Source of the DNA: a virus
Taxonomy: Duplodnaviria; Heunggongvirae; Uroviricota; Caudoviricetes
DNA: 64,000 nucleotides
Reading direction: 5' to 3' (one strand)
IMG/VR virus record: IMGVR_UViG_3300027744_000008
Below, piece by piece: positions 1 to 8,160 of this stretch. Every line of letters starts with the position of its first letter. Within the stretch, counting starts at the first letter, position 1. A model generated the notes under the pieces. The model made no database searches, was not told the DNA's origin, and saw only the letters and a program-made list of their open reading frames with translations. The position numbers and the translations under genes are program-made.

Positions 1-75
1 ACATTGATCCTTCAACATCGTTGGTGGGAAATTGATGTCGAAGGTTATATTGGTTGGCTACTGTCTAAACGCTAA
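1..75 (+). CDS. 3' end of a fatty acid desaturase (truncated by window edge; not in ORF track)
   Basis: Frame +1 reads TLILQHRWWEIDVEGYIGWLLSKR* (TAA 73-75). This matches the C-terminal desaturase motif in 9941..10732 (RRWWELDPTYWLI) and 55376..56083 (KWWEFDIGWLYI). Confidence 0.65.
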   Translation, partial: TLILQHRWWEIDVEGYIGWLLSKR

Positions 76-477
76 TTAAAACTTTTTAAATTTATCCGGA
101 AATCTAGTCGTAAACTGATCAATTGGTAAAGAAACAGCGGAGTCAGGCAGGGCTAGCACCGGAGCATCCAGTGAACTCCAAAATTCTTTAAATTCTATGC
201 CTTGTTTTTTTATCGTTTGATAAAAATCTTGTCTATAAGGAACTACTATATCTTTAAACTCATCGAGCCATAACTCATAAAAGTTTTGATCGTGCCAGTC
301 AACAACGTATTCGACATAGGATGCATCATCAGATACATACTCGTTGATATAATCAACATAGGGATTACCCTCATATAAAAAACAATTAGATAAACTGTTA
401 AATGATTTAATATTCCAAATTATCTCTAAAATATCGCTGCCCGGTTTTTCATATGTTGTTACTGAACGAAATATCAT
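76..477 (-). CDS. small hypothetical protein, possible ABM/Dabb (dimeric alpha-beta barrel) fold
   Basis: 133-aa ORF with AGGAG SD and TAAATA upstream. VVDWHDQNFYELW resembles the ABM W-x-S/D-x-x-x-F pattern. Confidence 0.5.
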   Translation of the reverse strand: MIFRSVTTYEKPGSDILEIIWNIKSFNSLSNCFLYEGNPYVDYINEYVSDDASYVEYVVDWHDQNFYELWLDEFKDIVVPYRQDFYQTIKKQGIEFKEFWSSLDAPVLALPDSAVSLPIDQFTTRFPDKFKKF

Positions 478-502
478 TGTTACTCCTATTGTATGTTACT
501 AT

Positions 503-1057
503 TTACTCGTTATTATTGTCTTCTAATAAAAATTCAGGTGTGGGATTAGTACTTATGGTCAATGTAATTCTAGGTACTTTAGTTTCATCCATCTCTATGC
601 TATGTATTTCTAAGGGACGTATTATTGTAGGTTCTGTTATTTGTACTCGGTCAACACGTATAATGTTATTTGGATCATATGATTGATAAGGTTGCCCTTT
701 TTTATTTAACATTAGTTTAGGCTTGATACTTGAATCTTTTAGCACATAGAAATTAGTCCAACTATTTTCGCAATTGAGAATAGGGATATTGATCCTAGCA
801 GGGTCAGTATAAGAGTCTCGATGTGCATTACCGTCTGTGTTAGTAAGCATAAAATAAGCAGCGACCGTTTTAGGTGTTAGCCCGTGCTCAGTAAATGCAT
901 CCATGATCTCAGGAACTGCTTTTATAAAATCATCAAATTTGATTGGTTGGAATGATGACCCCAATGAAAACTGATCTTTATTATTTTTTATATATTCCAG
1001 AGATTTAGTTTGGATAATCTCTAGATTTTTAATTTTAATTTTTTTCCAATAATTCAT
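503..1057 (-). CDS. 2OG-Fe(II) oxygenase/cupin-like protein (paralog of 4637..5182)
   Basis: HRD...IHSI...PRITL (HxD...H...R). Shares RINIPILNC and PRITLTxST with 4637..5182. Start moved to the ATG at 1057 (MNYWKK), 7 nt after the ubiB stop. Confidence 0.65.
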   Translation of the reverse strand: MNYWKKIKIKNLEIIQTKSLEYIKNNKDQFSLGSSFQPIKFDDFIKAVPEIMDAFTEHGLTPKTVAAYFMLTNTDGNAHRDSYTDPARINIPILNCENSWTNFYVLKDSSIKPKLMLNKKGQPYQSYDPNNIIRVDRVQITEPTIIRPLEIHSIEMDETKVPRITLTISTNPTPEFLLEDNNNE

Positions 1058-1064
1058 TACATTC

Positions 1065-2360
1065 TCACTTGATAATCCATTTGGCAAAATTCTTTAATAT
1101 TATTGGTTTTATTTCTTCTTTTAGATCAATTGTAGGATCAATAGTTTTAGCCATGCCTTCTGCTGCTATTAATGTTTTGATTAATAAGGTAAACTGTACT
1201 GGAGTTTTAACTCCAAATTTTTCTCCTAAATTTAACAACCTACGTAGAGCAGTCATTACTGAGTTTTTGGAGTGACTTGCTATTACATTATCTAAATTAT
1301 GAAATGCTGCACTTAAGGCATTTTTATCAACATCGGCAGGAAACCATTCTGCATCAATTTGTACTTTGACAAATTGTTGATAATCCTGCTTGGACAATGC
1401 TGTCATTAATTTAATAATAGTATCTCGATCTTCCTTGGTAAGCACACCCATGATACCAAAATCTAAATATACTCTTGACCCGTCATCCATAATCCACACA
1501 TTTCCAGAATGTGGATCGGCATGAAAAAATCTATCTCTAAAAACTTGTAATAGTAGCAATTCTATTCCTTGCTTTGCAACTTGTTTCAAATTAACACCCT
1601 TGGCAGTTAACTCACTTATATGATCAATAGGTGTTCCGTACATACGTTCCATCACAAGAACATTTCTAGTACTCATCTCTTTGTAAATTTTTGGGATATA
1701 GACTCCATGATAATCTTTTAAATTCTCCCTAAACTTTTCTGCATTCTCGGCTTCTAATAAAAAATTTAATTCTTGTTTGATACTGACTTCTAATTCTTCT
1801 ACTACACCTAAAAAATTAAAATCTTTTAAACTACTTTTGAATAAATTCATCGTTGATATTAGATCTTTGAGTAATCGCAGATCAATCCTTATAATAGATT
1901 TTATACCTGGTCTTAGAATTTTAACTGCTACTTCATCGCCATTTGGTAGTACAGCCAAGTGTACTTGTGATATACTAGCAGATGCTACAGGTGTTGGTGA
2001 AAAATATGCAAAGATATCATCCACTTTGCCTTTTAATTCTTGTTCAACAATTGAGATAGCAATATCATTATCAAAAGGTTTTACATGATCTCTAAGTTTA
2101 ACTAATTCGTCGGCTATATCTGAAGGCAGCAAATCTCGTCTAGTAGAAATTATTTGGCCAAGTTTGACAAATACCGGTCCCAATTCTTCGAGAGCTTTTC
2201 TCAATCTGTAACCCGGAGGACCTTCTACAGGCTTGCCAAATAAAAATTGTCTAACAAAATTGCCTCCAACATTTAAAAATTTAGTCCGATCGTGCTTCGA
2301 TAAATATTCGTCAAGTCTATACTTGGCAATTACTTTTACTAAATCTATTATACGTAACAT
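1065..2360 (-). CDS. ubiB: UbiB/ABC1 (AarF/COQ8) family atypical kinase
   Basis: LEELGPVFVKLGQIISTRRDLLP, PVASASISQVH, VAVKILRP, FFHADPHSGN and YLDFG are the family motifs. Confidence 0.93.
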   Translation of the reverse strand: MLRIIDLVKVIAKYRLDEYLSKHDRTKFLNVGGNFVRQFLFGKPVEGPPGYRLRKALEELGPVFVKLGQIISTRRDLLPSDIADELVKLRDHVKPFDNDIAISIVEQELKGKVDDIFAYFSPTPVASASISQVHLAVLPNGDEVAVKILRPGIKSIIRIDLRLLKDLISTMNLFKSSLKDFNFLGVVEELEVSIKQELNFLLEAENAEKFRENLKDYHGVYIPKIYKEMSTRNVLVMERMYGTPIDHISELTAKGVNLKQVAKQGIELLLLQVFRDRFFHADPHSGNVWIMDDGSRVYLDFGIMGVLTKEDRDTIIKLMTALSKQDYQQFVKVQIDAEWFPADVDKNALSAAFHNLDNVIASHSKNSVMTALRRLLNLGEKFGVKTPVQFTLLIKTLIAAEGMAKTIDPTIDLKEEIKPIILKNFAKWIIK

Positions 2361-2381
2361 TTAAATTCTCAAAGGTAAATT

Positions 2382-3020
2382 ATGATTAATTTTAGACAGT
2401 TAGACATTGGTGATGCAGAATCGGCTATCGAACTTATTAATTCTCGTCCTGAAGTATTTATGGGAAAATTAGATGATGATTTTAAAAATGAAATAATAGA
2501 AGCTTTGCCATTGGTCTTAATGGATCCATTATGTTTTAACCTTGGGATTTTTAGAGACGACATACTGATCGGTTTTGGACTGTTTAAAGAAATGACAACA
2601 CAACCTGCATGGGTTTGGGGACACTGGGTCACCAAGCAAGGTGACCAAAAAAATCTTATAAGTTTAGAAATGTTGCGTCTAATTGATAAAATGATGGATA
2701 TACTATTTGAAGAAATGGAGAGCCGGGGACTACATCGATTTTATATTGCATATAAACATAACAGTGGAGACGAAACCGATTTACGATCAATGGGTGCATC
2801 TGACAGGCTATTTAAGTTTATGACTAGATATAAAAAAGGTCATCAGTATCAATACAATTTTAGAATGTCCGAGTACAAGTTCTTCATTGACTGTAAAGTA
2901 CCTGCAAATACCAAACCAAAATACGCTTACCAATACGCCATATTAGGAGATAGGCTATGGCCCTTTGATTTAGATATACATGTAGGTATATTAGATCAAT
3001 CTAAAGAAAGAGGCTCGTAA
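2382..3020 (+). CDS. hypothetical protein with GNAT-like N-terminal region
   Basis: INFRQLDIGDAESAIEL...NLGIFRDDILIGFGLF is the typical GNAT beta1-alpha1 / beta2-beta3 pattern. No acetyl-CoA motif A is clearly recognisable. Confidence 0.5.
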   Translation: MINFRQLDIGDAESAIELINSRPEVFMGKLDDDFKNEIIEALPLVLMDPLCFNLGIFRDDILIGFGLFKEMTTQPAWVWGHWVTKQGDQKNLISLEMLRLIDKMMDILFEEMESRGLHRFYIAYKHNSGDETDLRSMGASDRLFKFMTRYKKGHQYQYNFRMSEYKFFIDCKVPANTKPKYAYQYAILGDRLWPFDLDIHVGILDQSKERGS

Positions 3021-3337
3021 CTTTCGCCGGTATCACCATCTGTGATTATTAGTTTAAGATCGTGTTTAAATGCCTCCATTTCAAATCGAGTCCAAAACAT
3101 TCTTCGTAACGGATGTTTTGATGCTTCGTCAAATGCTTGTTTACTTTCCCAAACTGTAGTAATATCCCAGCGGGTTTTGTCATAGTAATCATCAATTGCT
3201 TCAATAAATCCAGGAGGTGGCGTTACATTATTTTTCTTCATAAGATTTGCAAAAGTATGACCTTGTGTAGTAACAATTTTGAATCGATCCATATTGGCAG
3301 GCCCTTCGCATATTAATTTATAATAACGCTTATACAT
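2996..3337 (-). CDS. ABM/Dabb-like small protein
   Basis: ITTVWESKQAFDEA matches the ABM WES.EAF motif. It has an AGGAG SD and its own TAAATA. Confidence 0.55.
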   Translation of the reverse strand: MYKRYYKLICEGPANMDRFKIVTTQGHTFANLMKKNNVTPPPGFIEAIDDYYDKTRWDITTVWESKQAFDEASKHPLRRMFWTRFEMEAFKHDLKLIITDGDTGESYEPLSLD

Positions 3338-3417
3338 AACTTCTCCTATATACAGTATTTAAATAAATTTCTAGACCTTAAAAAATTTATCATAAATATC
3401 TAACTTGAGGAACTAGT

Positions 3418-3756
3418 ATGTACGGAAGAACAGCAATTTTTAAAACTGTCAAACAAAACAACAGATTAACACTCACGGAATTTATTCATGGAATATCGTC
3501 AAATATGATGTACGATACTATGACTAATGAATTACTCGAAACTGTGGGATTCATAAGAAAAGATTTTCTAATAGTCGATGACAAAAACGGATGTATAGCA
3601 GTATCACGTATAATTTTTGAAGACGAAGAATATTTTAACAACTATCTCAGCAACGAGGTGTATGAAATGATTTGGGACTACCTTCAAGTTACTGCCGAAG
3701 GAATCGGCATTACAATAACATTTGAAGACGGCAAAATTGATTCATTATATGGATAA
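3418..3756 (+). CDS. small hypothetical protein, possible ABM/Dabb fold
   Basis: 112 aa with GAGGA SD. SRIIFEDEEYFNNY aligns by eye with the two other small proteins. Confidence 0.45.
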   Translation: MYGRTAIFKTVKQNNRLTLTEFIHGISSNMMYDTMTNELLETVGFIRKDFLIVDDKNGCIAVSRIIFEDEEYFNNYLSNEVYEMIWDYLQVTAEGIGITITFEDGKIDSLYG

Positions 3757-4636
3757 AGAATTAGTTAACCGTATAAGGTCTAACGCAAGATTAAACCAGT
3801 ACGATATTTCTAAAATGAATTCGAGCCATACTAAACTTGGCCCTACACATCATCATCATAGCGGTTTATTTTCTTCGAGTAGTTGGGTTAAGCCTGGACC
3901 GTTACCCGAAAGCTATGCCAAACGTATGATGGCATTAGGAGAAAAGTATCAAAATCTAAGATGGCTACCGTTGGATATTCCTGTTATTGATTTTGAACAT
4001 AAAGAAGAATTTTTAGAAATTTGGAATAAGGAAAAAATTGCTTTACTTCCCACTGACGGTTCTATAACTGATCCTGAATTTTATGGGATGCATATTCATA
4101 GTAATTGTTTACTGGACTTTCAATATCATGACACATATTCGCAAAATACGAATATGGAACATATCAGTAAAGAATCGGGTATGTTGCAAGGAAGGCTACC
4201 GATTGGTTTATACACTAAGAAATTATTCAGGCATAGATTCTTTTCTAGAATAATAGATCAAATACTTTGCACATATCCTATTAATTTATTGTCTAATATA
4301 ATGATATTAGAAACTGCAAGAAATGTAGCACCGCATCGAGAAGAAACATGGGTGTGGAAATGTCCCACTGAGCTACGGTCCTTGTTGTTTGAAAATAAAC
4401 CTAAAATTTATGTAGCAGATATAGAGCATGGTGATATCAACTACGTTAACATGCCCACCGATACAAATACAGTTTGTTGGTCAAATGGCACACAGATTTA
4501 CGGGATCGATTATAATAATGAGCCTAGTTTCCAATTAGTAGTAAATGCTGTTTGGGACTATAAAAAAATAGATCATCTTTTAGAAACAAGTATTTCTAAA
4601 TATAAATCAATATTAAATTATAAATTGGAAATTTAA
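3749..4636 (+). CDS. hypothetical protein, degenerate cupin/dioxygenase-like C-terminus
   Basis: VAPHRE (HxE) followed by a beta-rich segment. The ATG at 3749 overlaps the previous gene by 8 nt. Confidence 0.45.
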   Translation: MDKELVNRIRSNARLNQYDISKMNSSHTKLGPTHHHHSGLFSSSSWVKPGPLPESYAKRMMALGEKYQNLRWLPLDIPVIDFEHKEEFLEIWNKEKIALLPTDGSITDPEFYGMHIHSNCLLDFQYHDTYSQNTNMEHISKESGMLQGRLPIGLYTKKLFRHRFFSRIIDQILCTYPINLLSNIMILETARNVAPHREETWVWKCPTELRSLLFENKPKIYVADIEHGDINYVNMPTDTNTVCWSNGTQIYGIDYNNEPSFQLVVNAVWDYKKIDHLLETSISKYKSILNYKLEI

Positions 4637-5182
4637 ATGCAATACTGGAAAAGACTTGAGCTAGACAACTGGGAATTGATTGCAGAAAAAACTTTAGATT
4701 ACATAAAGAATCATACTACACTATTAGATCAAAGTACGTTCAAGGGTCCCTTCAACCCATTTGATACAGCACATTTTATTTCAGAAGTTCCGGAACTGGC
4801 TCAATCATTTGCAAAGCATGGATTACACTACGAAGCAGCCAATGTATATGTTATGTGGGCAAATGAACAAAGTTTTCCACACAAGGATTACACCGATTCG
4901 ATTGGAAGAATAAACATTCCCATATTGAATTGTGCCGGGTCATCGACTATATTTTACTCAAACTTGCAGGGAAGAAGAGTGGTACTACCAACCGGTGCAC
5001 CATTCTATATGACGATGAATAGAAAAAGTTTAATACAAGTCGGCAGCATAGAAATTAACCAACCAACCATTATACGTATATGTGAAGGTCACGATGTTAA
5101 TCTACCTAACAATATGCCCGTTCCTAGAATCACACTAACTGTAAGTACAGTTCCAGACTGTGGTCTACTACTTGACGATTAG
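4637..5182 (+). CDS. 2OG-Fe(II) oxygenase/cupin-like protein (paralog of 503..1057)
   Basis: FPHKD...RINIPILNC...GHDV...PRITLTVST. Confidence 0.65.
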   Translation: MQYWKRLELDNWELIAEKTLDYIKNHTTLLDQSTFKGPFNPFDTAHFISEVPELAQSFAKHGLHYEAANVYVMWANEQSFPHKDYTDSIGRINIPILNCAGSSTIFYSNLQGRRVVLPTGAPFYMTMNRKSLIQVGSIEINQPTIIRICEGHDVNLPNNMPVPRITLTVSTVPDCGLLLDD

Positions 5183-6348
5183 ACTGCTTCAATTACAGCA
5201 ATTGAAGTACGTCCGCCGAATCCAAAACTAGCCTTCATAAATGCTTTGCTATGTAACGATCGTTGCTCAGTAATAACTCGAGAGTCGTTTGTGAGTGGGT
5301 TTGTTAGCCCAACGTTGGGGTGAATAAATCCATTCTTCACAGCTTCAATTCCATAGACACTTTCTAGTGCGCCACATGCGCTCATTGTATGTCCAATATA
5401 TCCTTTGAAGGCAACTATCGGAATGTCTATATCTTCAAACTTTTTAGCAAATGCATCAAACTCAATATCGTCTCCAACAGGGGTACTAGTTGCATGTGCA
5501 TTAAAAAAGGAGATATCATCATAGGATAATCCCGACTGATTAACAGCGCGATCCATAAGAAGTCCTTGATGTTCCCCTGTTGGATCGTGAGCAGTGATAG
5601 TGTGTACTTTTGCTCCGGCAACTATTGATCTGATAACAGCCTTTGGTGTAAGATTACGCTCTCTAAGAGTTGCCTCATCGCACAAGTATAAAAGTGTACC
5701 GCCTTCACCTTGCAAAAATCCATCACGGCTTTTATCAAAAGGTCTGCAAATGCCGCCATCTGTCGTTGATATCGCACTGGTGCATTGCCAGTGATATTGA
5801 AAACTTGGCCATAGTGGTGATTCAACACCTCCTACTAGGGCAGCTCCAGTGTCCCCTGCTCTGATCATTAGATAGGCAAGATATAGATTAAACATGCTAC
5901 TGGAGCAGGCTGCGTTAAGACTAGCACTGAATCCCTCTAAATTCAATCTTTTAGAAAGCAATGAACTCAATAGATCATGATTTGCCATGAATAATCTAGT
6001 AGGGCTAAATCGCCTTTGATGACTATCAAATGCCCTTAAAAAATCATCTTTAATGGACGATCCCAGTGCCATAGCACTGACAAGGATTGCAGTATCCTTT
6101 GGTAACTCGTATTTGCCGGCAAGTTCATCAGCAAGATCAACTGCCATCTTAAATCCAATATTTTCTTTTGGATTAAATTCTATTGGCATTTGATATCCGT
6201 TAGTTGTTAATACTTGTGGATATTCACTAGTGTCATATCTAGTAATTGGCTGAGGACCTTTAGTCAACGGCATGTTAAGATAATTTGAGCTAGCATTAAC
6301 ACCTAGGCAGTCTCTTACTGCATAGTCAACTATGTAAACGTCTTTCAT
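5179..6348 (-). CDS. fabF: beta-ketoacyl-ACP synthase (FabF/FabB-type)
   Basis: Cys-His-His triad in NAACSSS, NAHATST and KGYIGHT. Also CRPFDKSRDGFLQGEGG and a C-terminal SFGFGGR. Confidence 0.92.
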   Translation of the reverse strand: MKDVYIVDYAVRDCLGVNASSNYLNMPLTKGPQPITRYDTSEYPQVLTTNGYQMPIEFNPKENIGFKMAVDLADELAGKYELPKDTAILVSAMALGSSIKDDFLRAFDSHQRRFSPTRLFMANHDLLSSLLSKRLNLEGFSASLNAACSSSMFNLYLAYLMIRAGDTGAALVGGVESPLWPSFQYHWQCTSAISTTDGGICRPFDKSRDGFLQGEGGTLLYLCDEATLRERNLTPKAVIRSIVAGAKVHTITAHDPTGEHQGLLMDRAVNQSGLSYDDISFFNAHATSTPVGDDIEFDAFAKKFEDIDIPIVAFKGYIGHTMSACGALESVYGIEAVKNGFIHPNVGLTNPLTNDSRVITEQRSLHSKAFMKASFGFGGRTSIAVIEAV

Positions 6349-6704
6349 TTTTTAATTTTAGATGGATCTTGACTGTCGGTGATATATCCGATTAGATCGC
6401 TCCATTGTAATAGTGTAGCGATTTCTTTGTCATCAATAACAACTCCGAACTCTTCTTCAATCTGGATGACTAATTCTAAAATGTCAATGCTGTCAACTTC
6501 ATAGTTCTTTTTAACTTGTGCTAACATGTCTGGACTTAGGTCTTTGAGTTGTTCTCTAACACTTTGGTCGCCGTGCAATTTTAGATCTTTGATTGATAGT
6601 GTCGGATCTAACGGATATTCTAAATCCATTTTAAGATAGTCATTGATCATCTCAATGAATTTTTTTTCTACTTGTTCTTTAGTTAACACGGGTTTTGAAT
6701 CCAT
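6345..6704 (-). CDS. acpP: acyl carrier protein with ~27-aa insertion
   Basis: DSIDILELVIQIEEEFGVVIDD (phosphopantetheine Ser). Its stop overlaps the fabF start (ATGA-type coupling). Confidence 0.85.
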   Translation of the reverse strand: MDSKPVLTKEQVEKKFIEMINDYLKMDLEYPLDPTLSIKDLKLHGDQSVREQLKDLSPDMLAQVKKNYEVDSIDILELVIQIEEEFGVVIDDKEIATLLQWSDLIGYITDSQDPSKIKK

Positions 6705-6721
6705 TTTATCTCCTGTTTATA

Positions 6722-7243
6722 CTATTTAATGTACTCATCGCCTTCCCAGGGTTTAATTTGATTGTCAAATTTATAGACTGCCTTGAGCCTGGAAACTGAT
6801 GCAACCACTTGATCGTCAACTGTAATATACGCCTCAAATTCGCATAAATTACGCTTATTCCTAAGTGTCTTAGCATGGATTATTAGTTGATCTCCGGGGT
6901 GAACAACCTTTTTAAATTTTACACTTTCTGCGCTAACGAATAAAACTCCAGACTCTTTGCCTGCTTCTTTAATAACTCTCTTGTTGTCATATATTGATTC
7001 TTTTTGTTTATAAATCAATATAGAGCTAGCTTGGGCCATGGCTTCCATTAGCATTACTCCGGGCATGATATGATAATGCGGAAAGTGCCCTTGAACATAT
7101 GGTTCATTTACTGTAAAATTTTTAACTGCCACTATGTAGCCACCAGGGTCAGCAGCATCATAATCAATGACCTTATCGACCATTAAGAATGGATACCTGT
7201 GTGGTAAAATATCTAAAACTTCTGTTGTATTCAAAGCATTCAT
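6722..7243 (-). CDS. fabZ: 3-hydroxyacyl-ACP dehydratase
   Basis: LPHRYPFLMVDKV, GHFP, MPGV..EAMAQ and VKFKKVVHPGDQL; catalytic His and Glu present. Confidence 0.93.
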   Translation of the reverse strand: MNALNTTEVLDILPHRYPFLMVDKVIDYDAADPGGYIVAVKNFTVNEPYVQGHFPHYHIMPGVMLMEAMAQASSILIYKQKESIYDNKRVIKEAGKESGVLFVSAESVKFKKVVHPGDQLIIHAKTLRNKRNLCEFEAYITVDDQVVASVSRLKAVYKFDNQIKPWEGDEYIK

Positions 7244-7249
7244 CGTAGT

Positions 7250-7278
7250 ATTATAATATAAAAAGATTAGTTAGTCAA
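7250..7278 (-). promoter_or_regulatory. sigma70-type promoter for fabZ-acpP-fabF (leaderless)
   Basis: Minus strand TTGACT (7278-7273), 17 nt, TATAAT (7255-7250). Predicted +1 is the A of the fabZ ATG (7243). Confidence 0.8.
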
Positions 7279-8160
7279 TGCGATCGAAGTTATACCGGCA
7301 GTCAATTTAGCCACAACTTCATGATACTGGTGATCGCTGGTTCCTAACCATTTGTCTTTAAAGGATACAACTCGTTGTATATCTGGATGATTAAAGATTG
7401 GACTTTTTTCTACTATCTCGTAGCCGTGTTGTTTTACACGTTGCTCTAGGTTGAAATCAGTCCCATTATTGAATACATATACCTTGCTACTGTTAGTTCC
7501 TAACTTTCCCGGAAAACCATGATTGGCTAATTTTTCCATAGTCGGGTCTATCAAAAAAGACAACATCTGTTCAGGAGTATAGCTCAACAAGAAAGGAGTT
7601 CCATGTATGCCTTTTAGTTTCCAAAAATTAAGTTGACTATGAATAATTTCTTCTTCGTCCAAATACCATTTGTTGTCTTTTGGATTTAGCTTCATGTGCG
7701 GCGGGTCGTTGCCAGTGATCACTGTGCCGTCTAATTGACTGGCCAGCCACATGTTAGAGGACAGTTGCCAAGCGGCACATTGTATACTTTCTGCTATTTC
7801 TAGCAGTTGGCCAGATTCAACAAACTTGTCGTAGTCTAAATCAATGACTGTAGGAGTGATATTTTTTGCGTCGCAGTACTTAAACGCATATTTGGTTTCG
7901 TGATCATTATATGCGGTACGCATAATAACAACTTCTACTTCCATGCCCATTGCAGTTAACACACTTAACACATACTCGCTGTCTAGGCCTCCGCTGTAAC
8001 ACAACTGTAATTTGCCTACTTTCTGCGACCAAATCATTTCACATGCCCGTTTAGTTTCTTGGTAGTAACTGCGTACAGGTTGTGTTGGCGGATCAATCTC
8101 AACACACCAAGTTGGTCCGTTTCCGTGACTTCTTAAATAATTATTGTGTATGAGTTGCAT
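7267..8160 (-). CDS. PP-loop (AANH / N-type ATP pyrophosphatase) family protein
   Basis: QLCYSGGLDSE PP-loop and later VITGNDPP. It lacks the QueC Cys cluster. Confidence 0.7.
   Translation of the reverse strand: MQLIHNNYLRSHGNGPTWCVEIDPPTQPVRSYYQETKRACEMIWSQKVGKLQLCYSGGLDSEYVLSVLTAMGMEVEVVIMRTAYNDHETKYAFKYCDAKNITPTVIDLDYDKFVESGQLLEIAESIQCAAWQLSSNMWLASQLDGTVITGNDPPHMKLNPKDNKWYLDEEEIIHSQLNFWKLKGIHGTPFLLSYTPEQMLSFLIDPTMEKLANHGFPGKLGTNSSKVYVFNNGTDFNLEQRVKQHGYEIVEKSPIFNHPDIQRVVSFKDKWLGTSDHQYHEVVAKLTAGITSIALTN

Noticed and set aside
3848-3859. HHHH run in 3749..4636
   Set aside because: A four-His run in a low-complexity N-terminal stretch is too short to support a metal-binding claim.
7267-8160. 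SGGLDS protein as QueC (would complete a preQ0 pathway with queD)
   Set aside because: It lacks the C-terminal Cys zinc cluster of QueC and sits in the acyl cluster 25 kb from queD. Kept only as a generic PP-loop enzyme.
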